Origin: Lama glama
Lineage: Eukaryota
Assembly: GCA_028534125.1 (NCBI GenBank)
Contig: CM052816.1
Location: forward strand, 38,318,001-38,382,000
Direction: 5' to 3'
Length of the DNA: 64,000 nucleotides
Shown: one piece after another, positions 38,300 to 51,350 of the stretch
Numbering within the stretch: the stretch's first letter is position 1
Layout of the letters: each line of letters starts with the position of its first letter
Notes under the pieces: model-generated
The model's database searches: none
What the model was told of the DNA's origin: nothing
What the model saw: only the letters and a program-made list of their open reading frames with translations
Position numbers and translations under genes: made by a program

Positions 38300-38430
38300 T
38301 TCATTTATTTATCATTTTAACCTGGTAGGGTGGGAAGGAAGGGTATTATAGGCCATTTCACAGGTTAACGAGTTAAGGCACTACAAATCTAAGTGACTTT
38401 TCCAAAGTCATACAGCTTATAGAAATAGGA
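38300..38430 (-). mobile_element. MIR fragment
   Basis: ccatttcacagg..ttaaggcac..taagtgacttttccaaagtcatacagc. Confidence 0.6.
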
Positions 38431-38799
38431 GGTGTTGGGGGCAAACTCATGGCACAGCCTTCTCATTTCAATTCTTCCATTAAATAAAATGCCAGAGGCC
38501 TGGGTTCCTTCTCGCACACCTGTTAAAGCCTTCTGGAAAGGCCAAATGAATTACCTAATTTTCATGGCTTCCGCTTCTCAACCGGAAAAAAATTTAAGTA
38601 ATTTTATTTATGTAGTGACAAAGTCACAGTGAAGAAAGGATGGGGGAAAGAAAAGGAAATGTTTATGTTGAGACTGTTAATGGTTTTATGTTTGGCACAA
38701 CCTTTGTAGACTTTTGTTTAGTTTGCTTTGATTTCAGTTGTAATTGTTCTTCACTCAAAAGTCCCCAAGAGTTGAACAAGCAATCTTATTTAGATAAAT

Positions 38800-38930
38800 A
38801 TGTAAGCTCCTCTTGACTTTAAGCAAGTCCGCATTAGAAACTCTATTTTCTTTGTTGGGTACCTCAGAGTCCTACACACTAACTACAACAGAGTAAGTGT
38901 TCATTAAATATCTGTTGGACTGAAATGAAC
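38800..38930 (+). mobile_element. L2 3' end
   Basis: tgtaagctcct ... cagagtaagtgttcattaaatatctgttggactgaaatgaa. Confidence 0.55.
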
Positions 38931-41900
38931 ATTTTCTTCCTCTTCTGAACAAAGAATCAAAATGGTAAAAGTATTCTCAGAAGTCTGACTCAGTCTGGCA
39001 ATTCTGTCATTTTCATAAAGAGGACAAAGTCAGGTCAATTTACTAACACAAAACTTCACACAAACTGTACATAATTTGTAAAATTATCAATATGCAGAGG
39101 TACTCTGCTAATTTTCTGCCCTTTATCATGTAGAATCCATGGTATGTACGTAGGTAATTAAAATGGATTAATATTTGTTCATTTCTCATAACGGAATTTT
39201 ATGGCAAAATATATTATTTCATTCATTTCTGGCATTTTCCCTTAGCTCTGAGACATATATATAAGCTTCCACATTTTCAGGGCAGGTCAGCACAAATGAC
39301 AGTTGGAGATATCACAATAAGTGGTAAACAACTACCCCAAAAGCCACATTTTAAAAATAAGGGTAAATCTGATGCTGAACATTTACCTCTAAGCGATCTG
39401 CATTCTGACAGGGTGAGTTTCTCATATTTTCAAACCCTAAGGGATTGTCTAGGTTAAAAATATAAGCTTGAGAGCCTATACGCTGGAATCAGCACCACAG
39501 AAAAGCACTGCAGTTGATCTATGACATTACAGAAACCCTATGGAAATATTAATTTTTTCAGTGTCTGGAGCTTTCAAATTCAGGTTTTTTTCCTTTTCCT
39601 CTCACATTACGATTATTAGTTTTATTAAGGGTAATGAAGTCCTCTGAAACTGGGAAATGAAATTAAGCTTGGGAGTATTTTCACCTATTACCTATTAGGA
39701 GTAGTTACATAATTCTTAAAATATTTGGCTTTGCTTGTCAAACATGAAAAACTGAGAACTGTAGTTAATGAAATCTGTTTCACAGGTATCATACTCTTAC
39801 GGGAGAAGTAGTTTATGCTTCTGGATATTGTTCTCAGAGTGCCTCTCAATTCTAAATTAAAAGTACTATGGACCTTTAGAGGAATACGAAGGCAATTTAT
39901 TCTCTTTTACGTGCAGCCTAGGTAGGTGTTTAAAATTGAGGCTGCCAACATAGCAATTGTGTGGTGTTTCTTTAATGAGGGTGTTGCTGGACCAGAAACA
40001 CAGCTGAGACATTTACATTTATTTTACGGCAGTCCTGAGAAATGATCTATTCCTAATCAGAATAATTTGCCCATAAATGACTTCTGACAGAGCTCCACAA
40101 AAAAAGCATCTCTAAAAATCCTAATCTCTCCAAAGCTGTGAATCTCAGGAAGAGATACATTACTTTTGTTCAGTACGTTTGTAAACAGATACAACTGTTA
40201 AATTGGTTTAAAGACAATACAGTATATTAAATCTTCTCCATAAAATGATAAATAAAACTGTAATTGGCTTTCAATTTTGATCTCCTAGTATAAGGGATCT
40301 TAATTTTAATCAATGTCCAGATGTCCAAAAGATGAACATTATTCACTCACTCCAATTAAATTTAAATTATGTTTTCTCAGTGCAAAACCCAGGTTCCAAA
40401 ACTGTCCTTGTGCTATCAAATTTTAAAATAATAGCAAAGTTAACAAAAATAAATTTATTTACTCTGAAAAATCCTGCTGGTCTCTTTCTGCTCTTCAAGC
40501 ATTCCTTTCATCAAATTAAAATTAAGGTACTACCTTGTACATCACAAGAATTCTAGTGTCACACCATTTTTGCATTACCGATCAGAAAAGTAGGATGGGC
40601 AGAGGGGTCTGCTGATTCCAAAATATGCAAGGAAAAAGAGAAAACTCTTTCCTCATAGGTATGAATCGAGTGGAAAGTGACAATCAATGAATTGTATTCA
40701 GTAATTTTTTAATAGCAAATGTTATGATAATAATTCTTTATTAGAGTGTTCTATTTAAGTATGAAATTACTATTTATGACAGTCTTGTGCCATTTAATAA
40801 ATTCACAGGGAGTATTCCTTTAAAAACTATTCTTTTCATATATTCTGTACATAGCATTTTCTAAATTTGAAAACAAAATGTTAATTTTAAGTGATCTTTT
40901 CTCTGATTTTTTTTTTTTAGTAATAGAGGACTAATCAACAATTTTAGCACATGACTGGACAATGCAATTTTCTAAAGACATAATGAACAATGCTACTTAT
41001 TTTTAAAGCAAGAGTTTTTCCAAGGCAGCACTTCACAATGAACTGACATTTGGCAGTGAAGAACCTTTCTAAAGTTCAGGAACTGCATTAAAAAGAGAAT
41101 TATAAAGGGCATCATTAAAATTTAGGTAGAAAACTGTTACTGAGCATTTCAATTACAGAGTTACATGACTGTCAGTAAGAAATAATAGGCACAAATTAGT
41201 ACTATTGACTGTTTCTTAACATCTATTCAGTTAGCCTGAGGTGTGACTGCCTTGGATGCTGTCATAAATTCTGTAATGTTCAAGTATCTTACTTGTCTGA
41301 TTATTATTGCTTTCTCACCATGACCCTTCGAAAGAACTTCTGTTGGTGAAAAAATTATAGATCCACAACATTCACCTTATTACCGTGACTGCAATTTTAT
41401 GTAGCATTTTTCCCCACCTTTCTGCTATAGATGTACATCCTTTATTTAAATTTTACACAGTAGTTAGAGGCCAAAAAAATAAGGAATGCTCATTCCATAA
41501 AATTTGATACGTCTAATTAGTCTGCTGAGACTTGTGGAATATGCATAAAGCTGTAGGTGTGGTATTAAATCACATTTTTATTACCCAGAAATTAATATTT
41601 ACCATGTGTATGTAAAAGGATTAAGGACCTGAAGTATGAACTTCAAAGATAACAATAGTTATTTGTTTCTACAAAATAGTTCACATGTATATTTTTAAAA
41701 TATTTTACTTTTCCTACATTATCATGATTTTTTAAATTTAACTTTACTATTTGCTAGACGGTTCAAATAAATATATACTCTGCTGGTACCTGAAATAAAC
41801 TCTGTTTCAGTAAAGTCTTTCCAATTTTCTTCAGAGAGTTTAAATGAGCAGGAAACAAAATAAACTCTAAAAAACAAAGAGGGCATCACTGAGGCCAATA

Positions 41901-43844
41901 CTGTGTTCAGCTTACTAACAGAAATATAACTTCATAGATTTAAACAGTATTTGGCTGTCACATTTACTCAAAAGAACTGACAAATGTGTAATGGCTGAAA
42001 GACAGGAAATGATTTATGAGTTTGTGAGAATGGAAGAAAACCAGTGGAAATGCCCTTTTTAAAAATCTGCCATTTTTTACTTGGACCAGATTGCCATAAT
42101 AAATGTGAGACTAGGCTTGATTTCATTCAGAATTAATATAGACTGAAGCTGAAATAAGCCTCACTTCCTGCCTCCAGGAGGTGTGCTGACGTTTCTAGGA
42201 TTGTTTCAGAGTCCACACGATACAGGACACATGTACATATATATGTACCTATGTATATAATTTATCCCCCAAAGGACAATAATAAGTCAACATTTTGTTC
42301 AAAGCAAAGAATATTAACCGCGGAGGTAAAAAACATAAAAATTATAAAAATGGCGATTGGTTGATTCTGAATAAGTTTAGAATATCAATAGCTATTAGCT
42401 CTATTTTAGCTGATGAAGTTGGTTAATAAGAAATACTTAATAACGAAAGCATCTTAAGAGTTCTCTCTCTTGCTTCCTCCTCCAACTCTGTTTCTCTTAA
42501 CACTGAACTTGCCGCTACATCAGAAACTGCCAATATCTCATTCATGTTGCAGAGAAAATCAACTCCATTCCATAAAAGGGATCATACAATTTAACAGAAT
42601 CAAGTCTAGTGTTACCAGCAATATTATAGTGAGGTTCAAACAGCGCTAACCTCACAGAAAGAAGTCAAATCAAAGGAAGATGTGAAGTTTAGCTTGAAAT
42701 GATAACCCTCTTCAGGTAGGTTTCCTTTGGAAAACAAATGTCACCATGTAATTTTGAGAATCATATCTTTCCTAAAGTGAAGCTCCCAAGCATACATTTT
42801 AGAAAGTCTAAATCAATCTGAAATGTGGTACTTAAAACAGCTAAAATCGGCTATTATATATAATGTAGCAGCTGAAGTTCTATACTACTCTCTTTTCCCT
42901 CCCAAACAGTGCCCATGAGGCTTTTATAAAGGTCGTCTGGTTTGAATTCAGTCAAATTTAAACTGATAGTCCATTCCACTGATGGATGTTTCAGCAGAAA
43001 AAAAATCTGGTCGCCAATTCATGTGGTGACAGATTTAATGGCTGAATTCTGGGCAATAAACTCTTCTTATTCTGAGTACTAAGTTTATGTATGAGATGAA
43101 TATGGACTATATCTCTGTAATACCTAGAAAGGTACATTTTTATTACATGAGAGTCCTTTTATTAGCACTGACTACTGCAAATACAAGAGAAACATGGATT
43201 ATATATGTTCTAAAGAATGCCCTCAAATTCTGAGGCACTAAAGATAAAACCAAATGTCAACACAATTTACTTCAATAAATAAAGGTATACAATGAAATTG
43301 TTTAAGGTAAAATCCAAGTAAGCATAAAAATATTTTCAAAAACTAAGTATTCTTAAGTGAAAACAACTCTGGTCTCAAAGTGAATTCCAAGGACAACGAC
43401 ATGAAACCAAAACAATAAATAAATAAAAATAAACCAGGGGGAAAAAAGGCATTCTGGATAAATGATGGTGACCTATAAGAGAATTCAAGATAAAGCACGT
43501 TATTCAGACAAAATAATAATCAGAAGCAACGATTATTTTTTGTAAGACAAATTAAGGGAATCTCTTGAAGTGAGGTAATTTATGCAATTAATTTGGAACT
43601 ATATGAAAGAAAGTAAATGATACTTAATTTAGTAGGACAGGTGTCAATTCCCATCAATTATTTGGCCCCACTACTCAAAACAATTTAAATTTAGCAAGTA
43701 ATCTACTTTTTTAAAATACTTATTTTGCCATGTAGTTTAGAAGAAAACTGATTTGGGACCCTTACTACTTGGGGAAAAACCATTCACAAGCAGTAGATGA
43801 GTGTTTGACTGAATTAGGAGGAGAGTGTATATTAAGAGCCAGAA

Positions 43845-44515
43845 ATCTAGGGACCATCTTAAAATTCTGCCCAACACAATCTTCCCTCTGGCCCTCCAAG
43901 ATTCATGTCCCTCCCATATACAAAATACATTCACCCCTTTCTAAGCTTCTCAAGAAACTCATCTCATTAAAACCAATTGGCTCAAGCCAAAAAATTCATC
44001 ATCTAGATCTCTAAATCTAAATCTCAGATTTAGAGCTGATCAGATTCCTAGTTATAATTTATCCTGTGCCACAATTACTTTCCATTCGTGAATGTTTAAT
44101 ATAAACTTATGAGCTCATAACCTGTAATGGTGGAACTGGCGTAGGATAAAAATTATATTCAATTTCAAAAAGGAAGAAAACTCAAGGTAAAAAGAGTCAC
44201 TGGACCAAAGCCATTTTGAAATCCAGTCATGCAAAATCCATCCAGAGTTGCGTGATTAGGCTTAAAGGCCTGGGAACAATCTTTCATGGTTCTCAGCTTG
44301 ATCCTCTGGGCTCTTGGTTTCACCTTCTGAGTCATCCCTCCAGCTAAGAAGTTTTATCAGCTTGCTTCCAACAGCAGAATTTGTACATGACAGCCTCTTT
44401 TCATTTTATTTTATCTCTGTCCTCTATAATCCAATCTGGAAATCTTTATGTTGATATAGTTTTCTCAAGAAACATATTGATCTTCTGTATATTACACCTG
44501 GTTTCACTCCAGTAG
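43845..44515 (-). mobile_element. MLT1-type LTR edge plus MaLR internal fragment
   Basis: gggaccatcttaaaattctgcccaacaca followed by ctctggccctccaagattcatgtccctcccatatacaaaatacattcacccc. Confidence 0.65.
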
Positions 44516-44609
44516 ACGGTGATTCTCAAACTGAATCACACAATCAGAATTATCTTGAAGGCTTATCAGAACACAGATTTCTCAGCCCCACCTACCAGTT
44601 TGTAGCTTA

Positions 44610-47600
44610 CAGTTGCCCTTTGAACAACATGGGTTTGAATGGTGTGGGTCCACTCATATGTGAATATTTTCCAATAAACATATTGGAAAGTATTTCAGAG
44701 ATTCGTGGCAATTTGAAAACAAAACCTGCAGACAAACTGCATAGCCTAGAAATACTGAAAAAATTAGGTATGTCATGAATGTATAAAGTATATGTAGATA
44801 TTAGATTATTTTATCATTTACTACCATAGAATATATACAAATCTATTATAAAAAGTTAAAATGTATCAAAATCTGTGCACACACTTACAGATCACGCATG
44901 GCACCATTTGCAATTGAGAGAAATGTAAAAAAAAAGGTAAAGATGCAGCATTAAATCATAACTAAATAAAATTAACTGTAGTACATGCAATACTATTGTA
45001 ATAATTTTATAATCACCTCCTGTTACTATTGCAGTGAGCCCAAGTGTTGTATCAGCTCAAAACGCCATGTGACACTAATTATCGCCATATGTGCATTTTG
45101 TTTCCAGTAAACTGTGTATCTCAGTAAAAAGTGATCTTTTGTGGTTCTTGTGTATTTTTTATTGTGTTTAGTGCAATACCATAAACTGTATAACACTACA
45201 GGACCCATACAAAGTGTCACTAGTGATTCTGGAAGTGCTCCAAAGAAGCAAAGTCAGCATTGTCAGCATTTTCTTGTAAAGTCAAAGACATTACAAGAAA
45301 AAGGTGTACTGCCCCACATGTACCACAGATGGGCAACCACTGTGGTTGCCCATCATTTCAGGATAAATAAATGCAGTGTAAAGACCACTGTAAAAAAAGG
45401 AAAGGAAATTTGTGATGCTGTCACCACAGCTGGGCTAGCAGGTGCGATAGTCTTGCGCTTTTTGGAAAAAATTTATTATCTTGTATTGAAAATGCAGCTC
45501 TTATGTGAGTGCAGGATTGCTATAAGAAAGGCATACCTACAGACTCGAATGTGATTTGAGAAAAAGCAAAGCTATCGTATTACAACTTAAAGCAAAAGGA
45601 AGAAGAAGGAACTAAAGCTGGAGCAATCTTATCACCAGCAAAGGCTAGTTTGATAATTTTAAAAAGAAGTTTGGCTTAAAACACATCAACAGGAGAAACA
45701 GCTTCTGCTGACCAAGAGGCAGCAGCTGAGTTCCCATGTGCTATTAAAAAAAATCACCGAGGAGAAAAGATATGTGCCTGAACATGTTTTTAATACAGGT
45801 GAAAGCATCCTATTCTGGAAACAAAAGTGCCACAAGACATTTATTAGTAAGGAAGAGAACTGAGCACCAGGATTTAAGCAGAAAGGGATATACTAACTCT
45901 ACTGTTTTGCGCAAATGCAGTCAGGTTTATGATAGGACTGCCCTTATCTGTAAGCTGCTAACCCAATGGATTGAAGGGAAACGATAAATACCAGGTCCCA
46001 GTCTTTAGGCTGTACAAAAAGAAGGCCTAGATAATGAGAACACTTTTTCTGGATTAGCTCCATTGATGCTTTGTCCCCGAAGTCGGGAAGTACCCTGCTG
46101 GTAAGGGATTGCCTTTTATAGTTCTTTTGATTTGGGGCAATGCCCCGGCCATCTAGAACCCCATGAGTTCAATCCTGAAGGTGTCAAAGTGGTCTACTTG
46201 GCTGCAAGCACAATGCCTTTAATTCAGCCTCTAGATCAAGGAGTCATAAGGACTTTTAAGGCTCATTACACACGGTGTTCAATGGAGAGTATCACTGATG
46301 CTATGGAAGAGAACCCTGACAGAACATCACGAGAGTACAGACGGATTACACCACTGAAGACTCCATTGTTGTTGAAGAAAAAGCCATGAAAGCTGTCAAG
46401 CTTAAGAATAAATTTCCACTGGAAGAGAACTGTCCAGATGTTGTGCATCACTTCATAGGTTGGGTACAGAGTCAATCAAGGAAATTAAAAAAAGACCGTG
46501 GATATGACAAAAAAAAAAAAAGAGGTGAGTGGTGAAGGGTTTCAAGACATGAATCTTAGAGAAACTCAAGAGACAAAAGACACAACATTAGCGGAATTAA
46601 CAAAAGATGACTTGATAAAGATGAGTGATTCCAAACCAGTGCCAGATGATAAGGAAGAAGACACAGAAGAAGCAGTGCCAGAAAACAAACTGACATTAGA
46701 CAAGCTGACAAAAGTTCGAATTTCTCAAGACTGCTTCTGACTTCTTTTATGACATGGACTCTTCTACGACAGGGACACTGAAACTAAAGCAAATAGCGTA
46801 AGGATTGGTATTGTACAGAAACATTTTTGGAGAAGTCAAAAACAAAAAAGTCAGACAGAAATTATGATGTGTTCCTGTAAAGTTACACTGAGTCTGCCTG
46901 CCTCTCCCGCCTCCCCTCTCACCTCCTCCACCTCCACCACCTCTGCCACCCCTGGGACAGTAAGACCAACCCCTCCCCTTCCTCCTCATCAGCCTATTCA
47001 ATGTGAAGACAACCAGGGTAAAGCCTTTACGATGATGCATTTCTACTCAGTGAATAGTAAATAATCATGCCATATAGTTAGTGTGCTTATCTGTTGTATA
47101 GGTGTGTGTCTTTATGTGAAATATCTAATAACTGTATGGCAAGAATAGTTTGGGATGTTTTTGTATCATCATCATCACGTAAGTATTTATTGCATAGACC
47201 ATCAAGTGCAAGACTTGAATTCAGGTGGATAGCCCATCCTTACATAGGCAGAAGGTGAGTTATGTATAATATAAAAGAATGTATTAGTTATCTTACTGTA
47301 TTATAACAGGAAGATAAGTGTAATTATTACAAAGAATTACACTGCTGTACAGTATGCCTCTCTCTCATAATCGGAAAAACTGCATTTTAGTCTGTCATCA
47401 CAAGTAAGTTTTTTTAAATGTAACAATGTTTCCAATACTGTATTATGACTATGACCGTAATACCGTATGCCACAAAATTCGATAATAATTCATTGGTGTA
47501 TAGGCCAGGCTACTGTGAAGCAATCTTATTACACTAGACTCCCATAAAGCAGTAACACTGCTGCACCTTTGTTATCAATGCATGAATGCCTGTAAATAAA

Positions 47601-48035
47601 TGTGAATTTATTTTTCATATTGTATCTTAATTTTGGATGTCTAGGGTTAGTAACATGAGTAACATCCACAGTGTTTTGCATCATATAATACAACACTGAC
47701 GCAGGTACTGACAGAGGATTCATCTTGCAAACAGATGATATAAACTGATGACATACTGATAAAAGTAGCACAGCGCTATAAACGTATTTTCTCTTCCTTA
47801 TGATTTTCTTAATAACATTTTGTGTTCTCTAGTTTACTTCATTGTAAGGGTATAGTATATAATACATATACCATACAAAATACGTGTTAATCAACTGTTT
47901 ATGTTACAGGAAAGGCTTCTAATCAATAGCAGGCTATTAGTAATTAAGTTCTGTGGGAGTAAAACGTTATCCGTGAATTTCTGACTGCATGGGGGGTAAG
48001 TGCCCCTAACCTTCACATTATTCAAAGGTCAACTG
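44610..48035 (+). mobile_element. Full-length Tigger2-family (TcMar/pogo) DNA transposon, 3426 bp
   Basis: TIRs cagttgccctttgaacaa and ttattcaaaggtcaactg; TA duplications at 44608-44609 and 48036-48037; internal transposase remnant. Confidence 0.92.
45230..47060 (+). pseudogene. Disrupted pogo-type DDE transposase of the Tigger element
   Basis: Fragments in several frames, including PLIQPLDQGVIRTFKAHY (46132-46389) and an acidic C-terminal region (46498-46740); multiple stops and frameshifts. Confidence 0.85.
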
Positions 48036-51000
48036 TAACAGGTTTGAGATGCAACCTGAGAATCTGCATTTGTAACAAGCTCCCAAGTGCTGCTGATACT
48101 GCTGTTCCAAGGAATAAACTTTGAGAACCTCTGTATTACAGCACTTAAATTATTTGCCTTTAAATACGCACATTGGTATGTATATATTCTTTTCCCTGAC
48201 CACACTGGATTATAAATTTCTAGAGCGTAGGACTGACTCTTATCCCTCACCTTAAATCTACAACTAGAAAAGAGATTTCCATGTAGCAGATGCCCAAACT
48301 GTGTTAAGCAAAACTGAACGATGATCACCATTTTATTTTATATGGCTCAATTCCAGGGATACAATTCTGCTTTGGCATAAAAGAGTTATTTTCGTACATT
48401 TTTAAATGAGTCTGTTTTTGCAAACTGACTCATGATTTTTTCTTATTTTATGAACTGGTTGACTTTCATAAAATGTATTTAGTAACACGTATTACTTATT
48501 TCTAAAATCTCCATATGAGGGGTATTTGTATAGCTAAAAACTTTTTCAGTAAACTCAGTAAAAAATGTGAAATAATGGGTAAGAGGCAAATAATAACAAA
48601 ATAAACTTTACCATGATCATATCAACCAACATCCAAAGAAAGTCTTACAAAACCCAGGTACAGTATAAATGCTTTGGCATCTATATCAAAGGGCAGTGGT
48701 GCCTCCGACAAAAGCATCCGCATAATGATGTCTTAGGTGCTGTGCGAGGCTCTGAGGACTGCCAGGAGAAGTTACAATTTTGATTCACAGGCAGGAGTGA
48801 TTTATTCTATGTTGATTTTATTTGATAGCAGGTGTCTGGACTGTATTTTAGCCATTACACATTTTCTTCCTTGCCTCTAAACAAAGCTCAGTAGCTAGAA
48901 TCTGGTCATAACACCTGCTAAGTAATGAAATCAAGGGAATAAAGATCCCAAATTAAGGATGGCAATATTATAAAAGGAAAAAACCCATTCTGAATAAAGC
49001 CAAAATGTATGATGTTAGTTTTTACAGATCTAAAGAATGAGACATGTAGACTACTGTAAAGGTTAATAGCTAATTAAGGACAAGTGACTAATTGAGGGGA
49101 AAAACTAAATTAATAAACTACATGGATAATTCCTACACTAAAACAAGAACGAGTTTTCCAGAATCATGATAAAGTTTTTAACTCTTTACTCAATCTATGA
49201 CCTAAATATCTTTCTTACATTTCTTTTTTTAAATGCATATACATGAAAATGTTCTTTTCTGAAAGATTTTCACAAACCACATTCTCCTATTTAGAGCTTT
49301 AGACTCTAACAGGATCATTCAAGAACCATTCAATTTGATACTTTAAAATTAAACCTCATACTGATTGAATGTTATCTTTTTAGCCCACCTGTAGTCAAAC
49401 TCATGTTTTCTTTTCTAGTTTGTACACTTTTCTATTGGAAGCAAGCCTCCAAGGACTTTCTATAATTTGAAAGACAGCCTCTAGGTTCAAACTCAGATTT
49501 TTCCCCCATTCTAAACCCCACCCGAGACCATTATAACGTGATAGGACAGTTTTGGTTCTAACGCTCATAGTCACGGAGAAGTGAACCCACACACTGCACT
49601 CTTGTCCTGCTGCTCTTTCTGACACTCTGGCTCTATGGAAGCTGTAACCCTTTATGGCCCACAGTCCTTTCCTCTATGCCTTGACCAGTCAAGGCTTAAC
49701 AACTGCAAGTGTTTCTACTTTCACCAGAGATACTGAAAACAGATGTGGTCTCTATTGTTTTAATTGTATCTTTCATTCTTTTATATTGCAGCTTCTAATA
49801 CCTGATAACATCCCGTAAGTTAACACTGCCTTGCTATTAGCCTTCTGAAAGAAAATCCCAACTTACTTTATTCCATCCCAAACCTTGATGTTGAACTGAC
49901 TGGGGTTTTTTGGGTTTTTTTTTTTACTCTTCATTAAACTGATATGTCGATTCCTGATATTCCCAGAAGTTTAGGTCTAATAGAGGTGTCAAATTCATGT
50001 CTCACTCCGTGAAGGCTTCAAAAAAAATTGAGAGTTGTAAATTGATTTTGGATAAAGTCCAATCTCCCCAAACTATTTTTTTAACCACGGAAATAGCTAA
50101 AGCTTAAATCTAGGATGAGTATGATGGTTTGTGATTTCCTGTTATATCACTTCTAGCCACATGATGTACATTCGTCTTCTCTCTGCCAGTCTCCCCTCAC
50201 ACTCTCCTGCCACTGAACTTAACGTACTTCAGAGTTTATAGGTGGCTGCCAAATAAATGCTGCCCAGTCAAGCAATGAACAATACAAGAAAGCAAAATGA
50301 ATAAGAGGTCCCAAGTTGCGAATACTGTTTCAACATGCACCCCTAGGCAAGATAACTGCCCTTTTGAAAAGAAGACGTATCTTTCAGAATCACATAAAAC
50401 CTAATTCCTATTACAATACAAGAGAGACATTTTTAACATTCAATCCAAAAGTAAACACGCCTGTTGCTCAACTGATTTGATTTTTTCCCATCTGATTTTG
50501 CATACCAAAAATTAGTAAGTGTTTTTTAAAAGCCTTTAAAAAGCATGTGGCTCAAAACAAAGAGACATCAAACTGTATCTAACTTCATTGTACTTAAAAT
50601 CCTCTGAAAACCTCACTCACACTGCAAAGTGTGGATATGCCTAAGATTAAATTAATCTCCGTTTACACATATCACATAATTCTATCTCTTCCATCCCAAG
50701 GGACGACACAGAGAATTTCTGAGGCATGAGTAAGCATGCTAATTTTAGCTAAAATGAAGTGTAAGGAACAAGGAATGTTCTGTTATGATAACAGTAAAAT
50801 ACAGAGAAAACTGAAATACCACTCACCAGTTACCTCCTGTTCTCAATCAGACATGCAATTCCATTGAGAAACTTGGTTTCAGATGTACAGTCTGAGGTAA
50901 TTTCAACAAAAACATTTTCACCACATGACTTCACAATTATAAGAAAAAGTTCTCAAATTATTATCAGGATTCATAGCACCTTTTTAAGGAAATAATTTCA

Positions 51001-51224
51001 CTGATGTATGGTAAGTGATAAAATAATACCTTCTTAATGTAAAGACTGCATATAAATACAAGAAACTGTTTCCTCTAAATTTAAAATAAGAATTAATAAA
51101 TTATTTGGGAACAAACTAGGCTGGGTCCTCTGTGAGAGGACTAGAAAGCAAAGGAAGAAAGGTTAACGCTCTAGACAATGTATTACATTCTTAACACAGT
51201 ACGATGATGTTAGTATGCTACCTT

Positions 51225-51350
51225 TCTTACACAGATTATAAAGTGTATTCATAAAGGTAGATAAATTTCATACCTCAAAGAGCTAGAAAGTAACAGTGCC
51301 ACGATTTGAAACCAAGTTCTGTGAATCCAACAGCTGGGTTTTCTTCTGTT
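51225..51350 (-). mobile_element. MIR fragment
   Basis: agctagaaagtaacagtgccacgatttgaaaccaagttctgtgaatccaa. Confidence 0.55.

Larger units (their letters stand above)
44519..48134. mobile_element. MER5A MITE split into 44519-44609 and 48036-48134 by the Tigger insertion
   Basis: gtgattctcaaact..cagaattatcttgaaggctt..acacagatt; resumes ctgagaatctgcatttgtaacaagctcccaagtgctgctgat..ctttgagaacctctg. Confidence 0.8.

Noticed and set aside
45141..47064. Possible domesticated TIGD-like gene
   Set aside because: Transposase is broken by many stops and frameshifts and still sits between TIRs
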